The notes beneath the pieces are model-generated. The model was not told the origin of the DNA. It searched no databases and was given only the letters and a program-made list of their open reading frames with translations. DNA of 64,000 nt from an uncultured Chloroflexia bacterium (GTDB lineage Bacteria; Chloroflexota; Anaerolineae; JAAYZQ01), in the NCBI GenBank assembly GCA_963700285.1, contig CAVOXA010000001.1, positions 1,568,001-1,632,000 of the forward strand, written 5' to 3'. A program made the translations under genes and the position numbers. Position 1 is the stretch's first letter. Every line of letters starts with the position of its first letter. Shown here in pieces: positions 9,733 through 19,337 of the stretch.

Positions 9733-11040
9733 CTACGTGGTGTCTGTGGTCGGAGCAATCTCAGCTTGGGGAGAGGCTAGCTTGCTCTCTGAGGTCGTAG
9801 CTGTGCCCCGGCTGCGCACAAAGCGTGTCAATGCCACCATGCCCACAGCAACTGCCAAGGCGAGGCTGGCAAGGAGGGTGAAGGTCACGGTGGTACCAAG
9901 CTCTCCTGTCATTTGGCCGGCGCCGGTCAATTCGCTGCCCTGCAGGCCCAGCGAGGCCAAGGCCATACCCGCAACCAGCAGATTCCATAGGCTGTGGATG
10001 CCCACGCTGAGTGCGCCGAGGCCTAACCCCTGGCCCCAATGTTTTTCTAGCAGTGCATAGTACCAGGCCAGGCCCATCAGCGCGCCCGTGAAACAGTGCA
10101 GCAGTGTGGCGCCAAGTCGAAAGGTGACGACCACCGCCCAACTGTCCATTCCCCCGAGACTGTTGAACAAGCCTTCGGCCAGGGCGAACCCAGCCCCACC
10201 TGCCAGACCCCACAAAAACGCCTGGGGCATGCTGGGACGTCGATAGGCTCGCAGCGGCACGCCAATGGTCTTGACCAACTCTTCGATCAGGGGCACGGCG
10301 ATGGCAAAGACAAAGAATGCGAAGAACAATATGAGAGGTGACCTGGCCAGTGAGGCCAAGTTCCCCGGGGCCTCCAGCCAGGCCGGGTCCTGAAGATGGC
10401 CGGCAAGGACCTGTAGCTGCTCCAGACCGCCAGGCTTCACCGCCACAAGGCCTAGCATGACGATCAGCGTGCCTATGACGATGGTTATCTCCAGGGAAAA
10501 TGCCAGGGCAGTGGCGACTAGAGCGCCACTGCTCAACTGGAACACCATGTCGCGATTGCGGGTGACGCCGCCCAAACTTCGGGCCACCAACGCCATGATG
10601 ACCACGGGAGGCAATCCAGCGGCCAGTACGTGGAGGAGAGGAAATGTGAGTGCCGGCATCAAGTCCGACCGTAGGACGGCCTGGCCAAGGATGACAGCGA
10701 GCAGAAAGAATAGAGCCCAGATCCCGACAAAGCGGGGCAAGAACCATCGCGATCCGCGGCCCTGAATGGACTGCCATGCCTGCCAGGCCAGAGCGGAGCC
10801 GAGGCCCACGGCCAAGGCCAGGAAGGAGACACTGGCCGCACTCAGGATCAGACGGTCGCCTGTCTCCAGGAGACTGACAAAGAACCCAATGCTGCCAGCC
10901 GATAACCCGATGGCGATGAGGGACAGCGCGCCGATGAGAATCAGAATACGGACGAGGCCCAGCGTGGGGTTGCTCTCTGTCCGAGGCGCCACATTGCTCG
11001 CGATGATGCTTTGCTTACTACTGGATCTGTTGTCGCTCAT
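9733..11040 (-). CDS. PrsW-family intramembrane glutamic protease
   Basis: IEELVK, GAGFALAE, LLH and HSLWN motifs in a polytopic membrane protein. Confidence 0.85.
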   Translation of the reverse strand: MSDNRSSSKQSIIASNVAPRTESNPTLGLVRILILIGALSLIAIGLSAGSIGFFVSLLETGDRLILSAASVSFLALAVGLGSALAWQAWQSIQGRGSRWFLPRFVGIWALFFLLAVILGQAVLRSDLMPALTFPLLHVLAAGLPPVVIMALVARSLGGVTRNRDMVFQLSSGALVATALAFSLEITIVIGTLIVMLGLVAVKPGGLEQLQVLAGHLQDPAWLEAPGNLASLARSPLILFFAFFVFAIAVPLIEELVKTIGVPLRAYRRPSMPQAFLWGLAGGAGFALAEGLFNSLGGMDSWAVVVTFRLGATLLHCFTGALMGLAWYYALLEKHWGQGLGLGALSVGIHSLWNLLVAGMALASLGLQGSELTGAGQMTGELGTTVTFTLLASLALAVAVGMVALTRFVRSRGTATTSESKLASPQAEIAPTTDTT

Positions 11041-11199
11041 TAGCCACTGGCCCCCTTCTGCTTGCAGGACTGTATCACATTTTGGCTCCCTTGTCCAGCC
11101 ATCAGCGGAGTAGCCTGCGGCATACTCTCGTTGCTGGCAGTTGAACTAGCCCATGATCTGGTGTATACTATGCTCATCCTGTGTTGTGGGTGATCTCAA

Positions 11200-13260
11200 G
11201 TGAAGGACTGGAGATCGGGGCTGCGTTCCTTGTCGGCGCAAATGGTTGTGAGTTCTATTGCGCTTGTGTTGCTGATGGCCGCGGCGGCGGGTCTTCCGGC
11301 TGTATGGCTCATCCGGGAGCAGCTTGATCGCCATGCCTGGTCCCAGGTAGAGCAGGGGCGTCTGGCGGCTCAGGCGCTTTATGCCGTTCAGCAAAGCGAA
11401 TTGGCGGGCCTGGCGACTTTGGCGGCACAGCGTCCTACCCTCGGCTACCTACTGGTGGACGGCGATCAGGATGCGCTCTCGGCCTACCTGGCCACCCTCC
11501 GCGAGGGCTCGGGACTCGATCTGGTTCTCGTCTGTGATGCCGGTCAGCTGGTCTCCCATGCTGGTGAGTCGATCGCGGTGGACTATTGCGCGGAAAGCCT
11601 GCTTTCTAACTTTTATGTCGTTCCGGCCGGTCCGGTCGTCCAGGCCTGGCACTTTGCTTCCCATGTCCTGGCCAATGAGGCAGGAGATCCCCTGGGCAGT
11701 GTGGTTGTGGGTCTGGCCCTGGATGATGAGTTCGCGAGACAGATGCGCAGCCAGACTGGCCTGGAGCACGCGCTCCTGGTGGACGGGGAACCGGTGGCAA
11801 CCAGCCTGGCTGCGCGCAAGGTGCGGCTGCCGGCTGCAGGTGGGGATGCAGCCCAGGGTACCTATACCCTGGCCGGCCGGCCTTACTACGCTGCCCGGTT
11901 TCCGCTGGATGGGGCTGGCCCAGAGGCAGAGGTAGCGCTGGATGTGGCAGAGATCACCATGACGCAGCGGCGATTGGTCCTGACGTTGGCCGGCAGCATC
12001 CTGGCGGTGGGGGTAGTGGCCTCTCTGCTGGGGACCTACCTGGCCCGGCGGATTGGCCGGCCGCTCGCTCGCCTTGCCGACGCCGCTGGTGCCATGAGCC
12101 GAGAGGATCTCGATCGCCCTTTGGCTGTCGAGACTCGCGTCCGGGAGATAGCCTTGCTAGCCCAGGCCCTGGAAAATGCCCGTGCCGACTTGAATCGTTC
12201 CTTGGCCGAGTTGCGCCAGGAGAAAGCCTGGACCGATCACCTGTTGGATGCCATCGTTGAGGGGATCGCAACCCTGGATCAGCGAGGCCGCGTCACCTTT
12301 TTCAGTCGAGGAGCGGAACGGATCACGGGTTGGCAGCGCGACGAGGCGGTGGGCAGCAGTTGTGATCGCGTGTTCCGGCCAATCGAGACCGATGAGCCCT
12401 TTAGCAAGCTCATTCCTGTACCGGGACACCGCCGCAAGATCCTGGTGGAACTCCGCGATGGGCGTCAGGTTACCCTGGCCGTGACGGGTGCTCAACTGTT
12501 TTCTCCGGAACGGGGGAATGCCAGGGTGGCGCTGGTCTTTCGCGACGTAAGTGAGGAAGAAGCGGTGCATCGCCTCCTGGGCCACTTTTTGGCCAACGTA
12601 GCTCACGAGTTTCGTACGCCCTTGTCCTCCCTCGCGGCCTCAGTCGAGCTGCTTTTGGACCAGGCGCCGGATCTCCAGCTATCTGAGCTCGAGGAGCTAC
12701 TGACTGCCCTTCACTTGGGGGTTCTGGGCCTGCAGACGCTGATTGACAACCTTTTGGAGAGTGCCAGCATCGAGGCCGGGCATTTTCGAGTGCAGCCCCG
12801 TCCCTCCAACCTGGGCGACATCATCGCCGAGGCGCTCAGGACGATGCAGCCTCTGCTGGACAAACGTGAGCAGCGGCTCGTGGTAGAGCTGCCAGTCGCA
12901 ACCCCTGTGGTACAGGCCGATCCACGGCGAACCACACAGGTCTTGGTCAATCTGCTGTCCAACGCCAGCAAGTATGGCCCAGACGACGCCGAGATCGAGG
13001 TCCGGGCAGTTGTGGCAGGGGACCGGATCCAGGTGAGTGTCTCTGACTCGGGGCCTGGTGTGTCAGCCAACTACCGGAAAGATCTGTTTCGGCGCTTTGT
13101 ACATCCTATCTCCGGCAGCGACCTTGCCCAGGTCGGCGTTGGCCTAGGGTTGTCAGTTGTCAAGGCTGTAGTAGAAGCCCAGGGCGGGCAGGTTGGGGTG
13201 AATGATCGGGAGGGAGGCGGCTCTCTCTTCTGGTTCACCCTCCCGATGGCTAGTCCTTGA
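11200..13260 (+). CDS. Sensor histidine kinase (TM-HAMP-PAS-HisKA-HATPase)
   Basis: [22 protein letters not shown] and GLGL. Confidence 0.95.
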   Translation: MKDWRSGLRSLSAQMVVSSIALVLLMAAAAGLPAVWLIREQLDRHAWSQVEQGRLAAQALYAVQQSELAGLATLAAQRPTLGYLLVDGDQDALSAYLATLREGSGLDLVLVCDAGQLVSHAGESIAVDYCAESLLSNFYVVPAGPVVQAWHFASHVLANEAGDPLGSVVVGLALDDEFARQMRSQTGLEHALLVDGEPVATSLAARKVRLPAAGGDAAQGTYTLAGRPYYAARFPLDGAGPEAEVALDVAEITMTQRRLVLTLAGSILAVGVVASLLGTYLARRIGRPLARLADAAGAMSREDLDRPLAVETRVREIALLAQALENARADLNRSLAELRQEKAWTDHLLDAIVEGIATLDQRGRVTFFSRGAERITGWQRDEAVGSSCDRVFRPIETDEPFSKLIPVPGHRRKILVELRDGRQVTLAVTGAQLFSPERGNARVALVFRDVSEEEAVHRLLGHFLANVAHEFRTPLSSLAASVELLLDQAPDLQLSELEELLTALHLGVLGLQTLIDNLLESASIEAGHFRVQPRPSNLGDIIAEALRTMQPLLDKREQRLVVELPVATPVVQADPRRTTQVLVNLLSNASKYGPDDAEIEVRAVVAGDRIQVSVSDSGPGVSANYRKDLFRRFVHPISGSDLAQVGVGLGLSVVKAVVEAQGGQVGVNDREGGGSLFWFTLPMASP

Positions 13261-13312
13261 GAATTGTCAGCGCTGGAGGTTGATCTCTGATGGTAAAGAT
13301 TTTGGGGGCTGG

Positions 13313-14059
13313 ATGGTGAAAGCGCTTGTTGTTGACGATGATCGCGTTCTGTCCGATGTCCTGGCCTTTACCCTTCGCCGCGAAGGCTTTCAGGTGATCC
13401 AGGCCTTTGACGGCGAGCTTGCCTTGCAGTCTTGGGCCGAGGAGGAGCCGGATCTGATCGTGCTGGACGTCAATATGCCCAAGCTCGATGGATTTGCTGT
13501 CTGCCGCCGCATCCGTGAGGAGGAAAGAGGCACAAAGCTGGCCGGTACGCCGATCATCCTGCTTACTGTTCGGGGCGAGGAGGACGACATTGTGCGTGGC
13601 CTGGAACTGGGCGCTGACGACTATATCACCAAGCCTTTCAGCCCGCGCCAGCTTGTCGCCCGGGCTCACGCCCTGCTGCGCCGGGCTGGTATGGTAGCGG
13701 CGGCTGATACTGCAGGTATCCGCTGTGTCGGGGCGCTGGTGCTGGATCCGAGCCGGCGCGAAGTGCACATGGGGCAGGGTCCGAGCGTACCGCTCACCCC
13801 TCTGGAGAGCCGCCTCCTGAGCTATTTAATGCTCAATGCTGGACATCTTCTGACGGCAGATGCTATCATCGGCCACGTCTGGGGGGTTGAGGGGGGTGAC
13901 CGTGATATGCTCCGCCAACTGGTCTATCGTCTGCGCAGCAAGCTTGTGCAGGCGGTGGGCGCGCAGGCAGATATGCCCCCAAGTTCTGCTGCCTACATCG
14001 AAACCGTGCCTGGCCTGGGTTATGGGTTGATTGTTCCCCCCATTCCCAAAGCGGATTAG
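13313..14059 (+). CDS. OmpR-family response regulator
   Basis: [22 protein letters not shown]; winged helix ending IETVPGLGY. Confidence 0.95.
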   Translation: MVKALVVDDDRVLSDVLAFTLRREGFQVIQAFDGELALQSWAEEEPDLIVLDVNMPKLDGFAVCRRIREEERGTKLAGTPIILLTVRGEEDDIVRGLELGADDYITKPFSPRQLVARAHALLRRAGMVAAADTAGIRCVGALVLDPSRREVHMGQGPSVPLTPLESRLLSYLMLNAGHLLTADAIIGHVWGVEGGDRDMLRQLVYRLRSKLVQAVGAQADMPPSSAAYIETVPGLGYGLIVPPIPKAD

Positions 14060-14108
14060 AAGCTGGCCAACCCTCCTCCCCGTTGCAGCGAAGGTATTTT
14101 CCGAAAAC

Positions 14109-14164
14109 TGTAACAGCTTTGTCACGGCTGCATCACAAAGCTTGTTACTTCCCCTGGCTATGAT
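14109..14164 (+). promoter_or_regulatory. OmpR/PhoB-type direct-repeat operator and -10 box
   Basis: TGTAAC, TGTCAC, CATCAC and TGTTAC at 14109, 14120, 14131 and 14143; TATGAT at 14159. Confidence 0.6.
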
Positions 14165-14420
14165 AGGAGTGTAGCTTGGGGAGGTCTGTGCATGATGTCG
14201 TTGCCCGTGAAGCGGTCGTCTCTGTACTGGGAGCGGCGCGGTGCGTTGTACGGGGTGATCCTCTGACTATTGATGCGCAGTTGGCAGAGATGTCGAGACA
14301 GACCGCCTTTCGTCCTCGGCTGACGCGATCTTGGCCCATTCCCGCGATCTCTGGCCGCCAGGATGCTTGAACGTGCGGACCAGGGTGCAGGTTGGGCATC
14401 TGAAAGAAAGGGGGGGCATC

Positions 14421-15329
14421 GTGGTGACTCAGATCCTCGTTCCATTGGATGGTTCAGTTTTGGCCGAGCAGGCGATCTCCTGCGCCGTGATGCTCAGCCG
14501 GAGCTTGCCATCTGAACTCATCTTGTTCCGCGCCGTTTCAATGCCGCTTGACGTACGGCAGATCCTGGACAGCGCCGATCTCCAGGTTGAGGCGCTGATG
14601 CAACAGGACGAGGCTGAGGCCAACCATTATCTGGAGGAGATGGCTGACTCACTTCGGGTGACTGGCCTGACCGTCCATCCCGTCGTCCAGCGCGGGCCTG
14701 CGGCGGAATCCATCGTGGACTATGCCGGGCAGAGGGCCATCCAGCAGATCGTCATGGCTACTCACGGCTACAGTGGCCTCAAGCGGTGGAGGCACGGCAG
14801 TGTGGCTGAGCGTGTTCTCCAGGCAGCCAGTATTCCGGTGCTTCTGGTACGTGCGAGAGAGGGTACAGCGTACGATTTAGGACAGCCCAAGTCATGCAAG
14901 CGCATTCTGGTGCCATTGGACGGCTCGGAGTTGGCCGAGCAGGTTTTGCCAGTGGTCATACCGATTGCCCTGGCCCTTGGCAGTGAGATTACCGTCTTTC
15001 GGGTGCCTATCGTCTATACTCCCGGGTCACTCATGGGTGAGTGGTACGTACCCCTGGCAGGTGACTTTGAGATGGCGGGGCAGAGCGCCCAGGCCTACCT
15101 GGATCGGGTGGCCAGCCGTCTGAAGGAGCAAGGGATTAGGGCATCTTTGGCCACGCAGATAGGCGCTGTGGCTAACTCTATCATCGGATATGCCGAGGCC
15201 AATCGTGTAGACCTGATCGCCATGTGTACACATGGCCGGACAGGCCTGGCACGGTGGGCACTGGGCAGTGTCGCCGATAAGGTACTCCGGGCTGGGGGCA
15301 TCCCGATGCTGTTGGTACGGGCAAAGTAG
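14421..15329 (+). CDS. Tandem-domain universal stress protein
   Basis: Two ILVPLDGS...IVMATHG/MCTHG...GSVA..V units. Confidence 0.93.
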   Translation: MVTQILVPLDGSVLAEQAISCAVMLSRSLPSELILFRAVSMPLDVRQILDSADLQVEALMQQDEAEANHYLEEMADSLRVTGLTVHPVVQRGPAAESIVDYAGQRAIQQIVMATHGYSGLKRWRHGSVAERVLQAASIPVLLVRAREGTAYDLGQPKSCKRILVPLDGSELAEQVLPVVIPIALALGSEITVFRVPIVYTPGSLMGEWYVPLAGDFEMAGQSAQAYLDRVASRLKEQGIRASLATQIGAVANSIIGYAEANRVDLIAMCTHGRTGLARWALGSVADKVLRAGGIPMLLVRAK

Positions 15330-15458
15330 AGGGGTTCCCGGGAAGCGATACATGCAGCAACGGCAAAGGTCCCTGGCTCATTGAGCAGGCGCTCGCCCAC
15401 TGCAGCTAATCTGGCAGGTTGCTGACCCTGATCCTTGAGAGGGAGAGGAGGCAGCGCG

Positions 15459-15933
15459 ATGTTTTCAAGAATTCTACTGGCTACGGATGGCTCTACTCAC
15501 GCTCACGTTGCGCTCAGGTATGCCCGGGATCTGGCCCTGCGGCATGATGCCGAGGTTGTTGTGATCCACGCTTTTGAGCCCGTGTCTACCTATTTGGGTG
15601 AACCATGGCTGCATCGGGTCATGGCTTGTCACGTTGCCGCAGGACGAGATATCGCAGACCTGGCGGCGCGGGAATTGCTGGAGGCCGGTGTTGACGTCGA
15701 GGTTGAGGTCCTGGAGGGGCCGCCAGCCGATGCCATCCTGCGCGTGGCCGATGTCCGCCAGTGTGACTTGATTCTGATGGGCAGCCGGGGCCGTGGCACA
15801 CTGGCAAGTCTTGCTTCTGGGCAGTGTGTCGCAACGCGTGTTGAGCCACGCCCGTATACCGGTAATGATTGTCAGTGCCAAGGTGGCGAAACCCAGCCAG
15901 GGCACACCAAGCCCAGAATGGCCAATCGCCTAG
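15459..15933 (+). CDS. Universal stress protein (indel near 15812)
   Basis: ILLATDGS...DLILMGSRGRG; LLGSVSQRVLSHARIPVMIV continues in a shifted frame to TAG at 15931-15933. Confidence 0.85.
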
Positions 15934-15978
15934 ATCCCCGTTGGGCGCAACTGGTGCCTGGAGGCACTTTTGTTGGCC

Positions 15979-16866
15979 TCAGCCGGGTGTGGTTGCTCTG
16001 GCCGACGATCCTGCCCGTCTCTCCCGGAGCCAGCTCCACACGGTGCCCCGGCGCGGCGCAAAGAGAAATGCAGCGGCAAAAAAGACTGTGCAGACCAATA
16101 CGACTGCAGCTCCTGAAGCAATATTGACATAAAAAGAAAGGTAGAGTCCTGCCACCGAGGAGACCGCGCCGATGGCTGCCCCAACGATCATCATGTGCCA
16201 CAACCGGCGCGTGAGCAGGTAGGCCGTAGCAGCGGGTGTGACCAACATGGCCACCATCAGCGCCACGCCCACGGTCTGCAGCGAGACGACGACGGTCAGG
16301 GCGATGAGTACCAGCAAAAGGTAGTGTAGGGCGGTCAAGGGCAGGCGCAGGGTGGCAGCCAGGATGGGATCGAAGGAGATGACCAGTAGCTCCTTGTAGA
16401 GCAGGATCACGAACAGTAGCACGATGGCGCCCAGCGCCGCGGTCAGCGCGAGATCGCTATTGGACACGCCCAGCACGTTGCCAAAGAGGATGTGGGTCAG
16501 ATCCACGCTGTAGGTCTGAACCGTGGACAGGAGCGCCACCCCAAGGGCAAAGCTGGCGGCAAAGATTACGCCAATGGCGGTGTCCTCCTTTACCTGTCCC
16601 CGGCGGCTCAGGTATCCGATGCCCACGGCCGTCAAGAGGCCCATGACCAGGGCACCCCAAAAGAGATTGATTTCCAGCAGATAGGCGATGGCAATGCCGG
16701 GCAGAATGGCGTGGGCCAGTGCGTCACCGAAAAAGGCCATGCCGCGCAGCACCACGTAGGTGCCCACCACGGCGCAAAGTGTGCCGACCATCAGCGATGC
16801 CAACAGCCCGCGGACCATGAAGGGGTAGCGCAGCGGCTCGACGATCAACTCCAGTAGGTCAGCCAT
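15979..16866 (-). CDS. Zn/Mn ABC transporter permease (ZnuB/MntB family)
   Basis: GDALAHAILPG, LFGNVLG and SFDP motifs. Confidence 0.93.
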   Translation of the reverse strand: MADLLELIVEPLRYPFMVRGLLASLMVGTLCAVVGTYVVLRGMAFFGDALAHAILPGIAIAYLLEINLFWGALVMGLLTAVGIGYLSRRGQVKEDTAIGVIFAASFALGVALLSTVQTYSVDLTHILFGNVLGVSNSDLALTAALGAIVLLFVILLYKELLVISFDPILAATLRLPLTALHYLLLVLIALTVVVSLQTVGVALMVAMLVTPAATAYLLTRRLWHMMIVGAAIGAVSSVAGLYLSFYVNIASGAAVVLVCTVFFAAAFLFAPRRGTVWSWLRERRAGSSARATTPG

Positions 16867-17629
16867 GATGATGCCCCTCCTCGCCGCAGCAGTCAATGTC
16901 GCCCAGGACCATGGCATAGTCTTCACCGCGCCAAAGCGCCGAGCCGCCATAGGCCGCCGCCAGGGTCTGTGGTGTGACTGCTTCTCGCGGCCTTCCGTAG
17001 GCAATGAGCTGGTGGTTGAGGAGGGCCAGCCGGTCGAAACGTTCCACGGCCAGATTCAGGTCGTGGGTCGAGACCAGCACGGTGACCCTCTGCTCGCGCA
17101 GGCGGTCCAGGATCTCCAGGATGGCCTCCTGCGAGGGCGTGTCCACGCCGGTAAAGGGCTCGTCCATGAGCAGGATGGTGGCCTCCTGGGCCAGGGCCCG
17201 GGCGATGAATACCCGCTGCTGCTGCCCACCGGACAGTTCGCCGATCTGCCTGGCGGCATAGTCCTGCATGCCCACCTGCCTCAGGCAGCGCCGTACAATC
17301 TCGCGGTCTGAGGGACGCTGCCAGCGCAGCCAGCCCATTTTGGAAACGCGGCCCATCATGACCGCGTCGTGGACGGTTACCGGAAAGCTCCAGTCCACGG
17401 CCGATCGTTGGGTGACGTACCCAAACTCGGCGCCGTCTGCTTCCACTTTACCGGCTGTAGGATGGACTAGGCCAACCAGCGCCTTGAACAGTGTGCTCTT
17501 GCCCGCCCCATTGGGACCGACGATGGCCACCCGCTCACCAGCTTGGACATCAAGACTCACACCTTCCAAGGCGTTGGTGCCGTTGTACCGTACTGTCAGG
17601 TTCTGGACCTTTAGAACTGCTGTCATCAT
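16859..17629 (-). CDS. Zn/Mn ABC transporter ATPase (ZnuC family)
   Basis: GPNGAGKST, LSGGQQQRV and MDEPF; C-terminal CCGEEGHHHG. Confidence 0.95.
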   Translation of the reverse strand: MMTAVLKVQNLTVRYNGTNALEGVSLDVQAGERVAIVGPNGAGKSTLFKALVGLVHPTAGKVEADGAEFGYVTQRSAVDWSFPVTVHDAVMMGRVSKMGWLRWQRPSDREIVRRCLRQVGMQDYAARQIGELSGGQQQRVFIARALAQEATILLMDEPFTGVDTPSQEAILEILDRLREQRVTVLVSTHDLNLAVERFDRLALLNHQLIAYGRPREAVTPQTLAAAYGGSALWRGEDYAMVLGDIDCCGEEGHHHG

Positions 17630-17685
17630 TCTCGCCGTCTCTGCCCGCCCCGCGTTGGGTTCTCCCCGTGCCGCGGAACAGCTCC

Positions 17686-18678
17686 CTATTTCAGGGCATC
17701 CACGATGGCCTCCGTGTCAAAGCGGATCAGCAGAACATAGGTCTCCGCGCCGCTGCCAGGTTTGCCCAGCGAACCGGAGTACAGCGGTATCAGCTCGACG
17801 GCCGTATCCTCGGCAACTTGTTGCACCAGCTTGGGGTTGACCGTACTCTCGGAAAAGACAGCCGGTACGCCATATTCGAGGATGATATCCTCCAGAGCAG
17901 CGATATCCTGGGCTGATGGCTCAGACGAGGGACTGAGCGGAAAGACGGCGCCCAGTTGCTCCAGGCCGTAGCGATGGGCAAAGTAACCAAAGATGGGGTG
18001 GTTGGTCACCAGTTTTCGGTTGGCCTCCGGTATCTGGGCGACTTGCTCTTGTACCCAGGTGTCCAACTCCTCAAGCTCGTCGATGTACGCCTCGGCGTTC
18101 TTCTCATAATTGCCTGTACCGGCTGGGTCCAAGCTACTCAGTGTGCGCTCGATCTCTTTGACCCAGACGATCACGTTGGGTACGCTGAACCAGACATGTG
18201 GGTCGGCCTCGTCGTGACCGTGGCGGTCCACCTCTCCCTCGTGGCTTTCGGCCAATGCCAAAACCTCGAGGCCGTCCGAGACGTAGACGCGAGCAGCCTT
18301 TCCTCCGGCGCTTTCCAGCATTTCTTCCAGGCTTGCTTCCAGGCCGAGACCGTTGGCAAACACCACGTCGGCGTCATGAACGGCTGCCGTATCGGCCGGC
18401 GTCGGCACGAAACTATGGGGGTCCTCGCCGATGGCCATCAGTGTGGTCAACTCGATCCGGTCGCCACCCACGTTCTGTACGATGTCCCCCAGGATGCTGG
18501 TTGTGGCCACTACTTGGATTTTCTCACTGGCTCCAAGAGGGATGGCTTCCAGGACCTCTGACGTACCATGCGGCTCGCCGCTTGGCTCTGCTGCGCTTTG
18601 GTTGCAGGCACCAACCCCGGCCAGCACAAGAAGGGCCGCCCCTGAAATTAGCAGCCACTCTCTGACTTTCAGCTTCAT
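17686..18678 (-). CDS. Zn/Mn ABC transporter substrate-binding lipoprotein (ZnuA/TroA family)
   Basis: Lipobox VGAC; DPHSF, His-rich loop, DPHVW and TNH. Confidence 0.94.
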   Translation of the reverse strand: MKLKVREWLLISGAALLVLAGVGACNQSAAEPSGEPHGTSEVLEAIPLGASEKIQVVATTSILGDIVQNVGGDRIELTTLMAIGEDPHSFVPTPADTAAVHDADVVFANGLGLEASLEEMLESAGGKAARVYVSDGLEVLALAESHEGEVDRHGHDEADPHVWFSVPNVIVWVKEIERTLSSLDPAGTGNYEKNAEAYIDELEELDTWVQEQVAQIPEANRKLVTNHPIFGYFAHRYGLEQLGAVFPLSPSSEPSAQDIAALEDIILEYGVPAVFSESTVNPKLVQQVAEDTAVELIPLYSGSLGKPGSGAETYVLLIRFDTEAIVDALK

Positions 18679-18718
18679 CTAGTTCCCATCCTCTGTTCAG
18701 GCGCAACGTAGATCTGAA

Positions 18719-19138
18719 CTACTGGCATGCGGTACAGAGTCCTTGCAGCTCTAGCAGGTGATCCTCTATGACATATCCTGTCGTCTGGCTCACGCTGGAT
18801 AGAAAAGGTGATAGATCGCAGCCCTCAAACTCAACGGCCGCGCCACACTGGCGGCAGACCAGGTGATGGCGATGACCGTGGTCCGCAGCGGCATAACTAT
18901 GACAGCCATTTTCTGTGTGGATGCGCCGCACAAAGCCCATCTCGGCCAGAAGGTCCAGTGTGCGATAGACAGTCACCAGTCCCACAGTGGAGTAGTGTGA
19001 CCGGGCCCGTGCGTGGATCTCCCCAGGGCTTGAGCAGCCGCCGTCCCCCAGCAGTGCGCGGATCACCGCCCGGCGCGGCTGGGTGATGCGGTAGCCTGCT
19101 TGGCCCATCTGCTGGACAATACTCCGCTCAGATAGCAT
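18719..19138 (-). CDS. Fur-family regulator, probably Zur
   Basis: TVYRTL, HRHHLVCRQCG and CTAC; heads the Zn ABC operon. Confidence 0.9.
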   Translation of the reverse strand: MLSERSIVQQMGQAGYRITQPRRAVIRALLGDGGCSSPGEIHARARSHYSTVGLVTVYRTLDLLAEMGFVRRIHTENGCHSYAAADHGHRHHLVCRQCGAAVEFEGCDLSPFLSSVSQTTGYVIEDHLLELQGLCTACQ

Positions 19139-19167
19139 GTTCAAAGGTATGCAGAATCCCCAGTTCT

Positions 19168-19188
19168 TATTGAAAAATAATGTCAATA
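19168..19188. promoter_or_regulatory. Zur/Fur-type operator
   Basis: TATTGAAAAATAATGTCAATA, an AT-rich 21-bp palindrome close to the actinobacterial Zur box TATTGAAAATNATTTTCAATA. Confidence 0.75.
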
Positions 19189-19337
19189 GTGGTAATCAGA
19201 ATAGCATGAGAACTCTGGAATGTCAAATGCAGTCGCCAACAGATCGGGGATCTTGAGGGGCGTACCTGCCTCGAGTGCTGATTCAGGCTTCGATCCAGGG
19301 TGCGCTCGCGTCTCTCTAGTCATGCTGCGCTCAGGGA

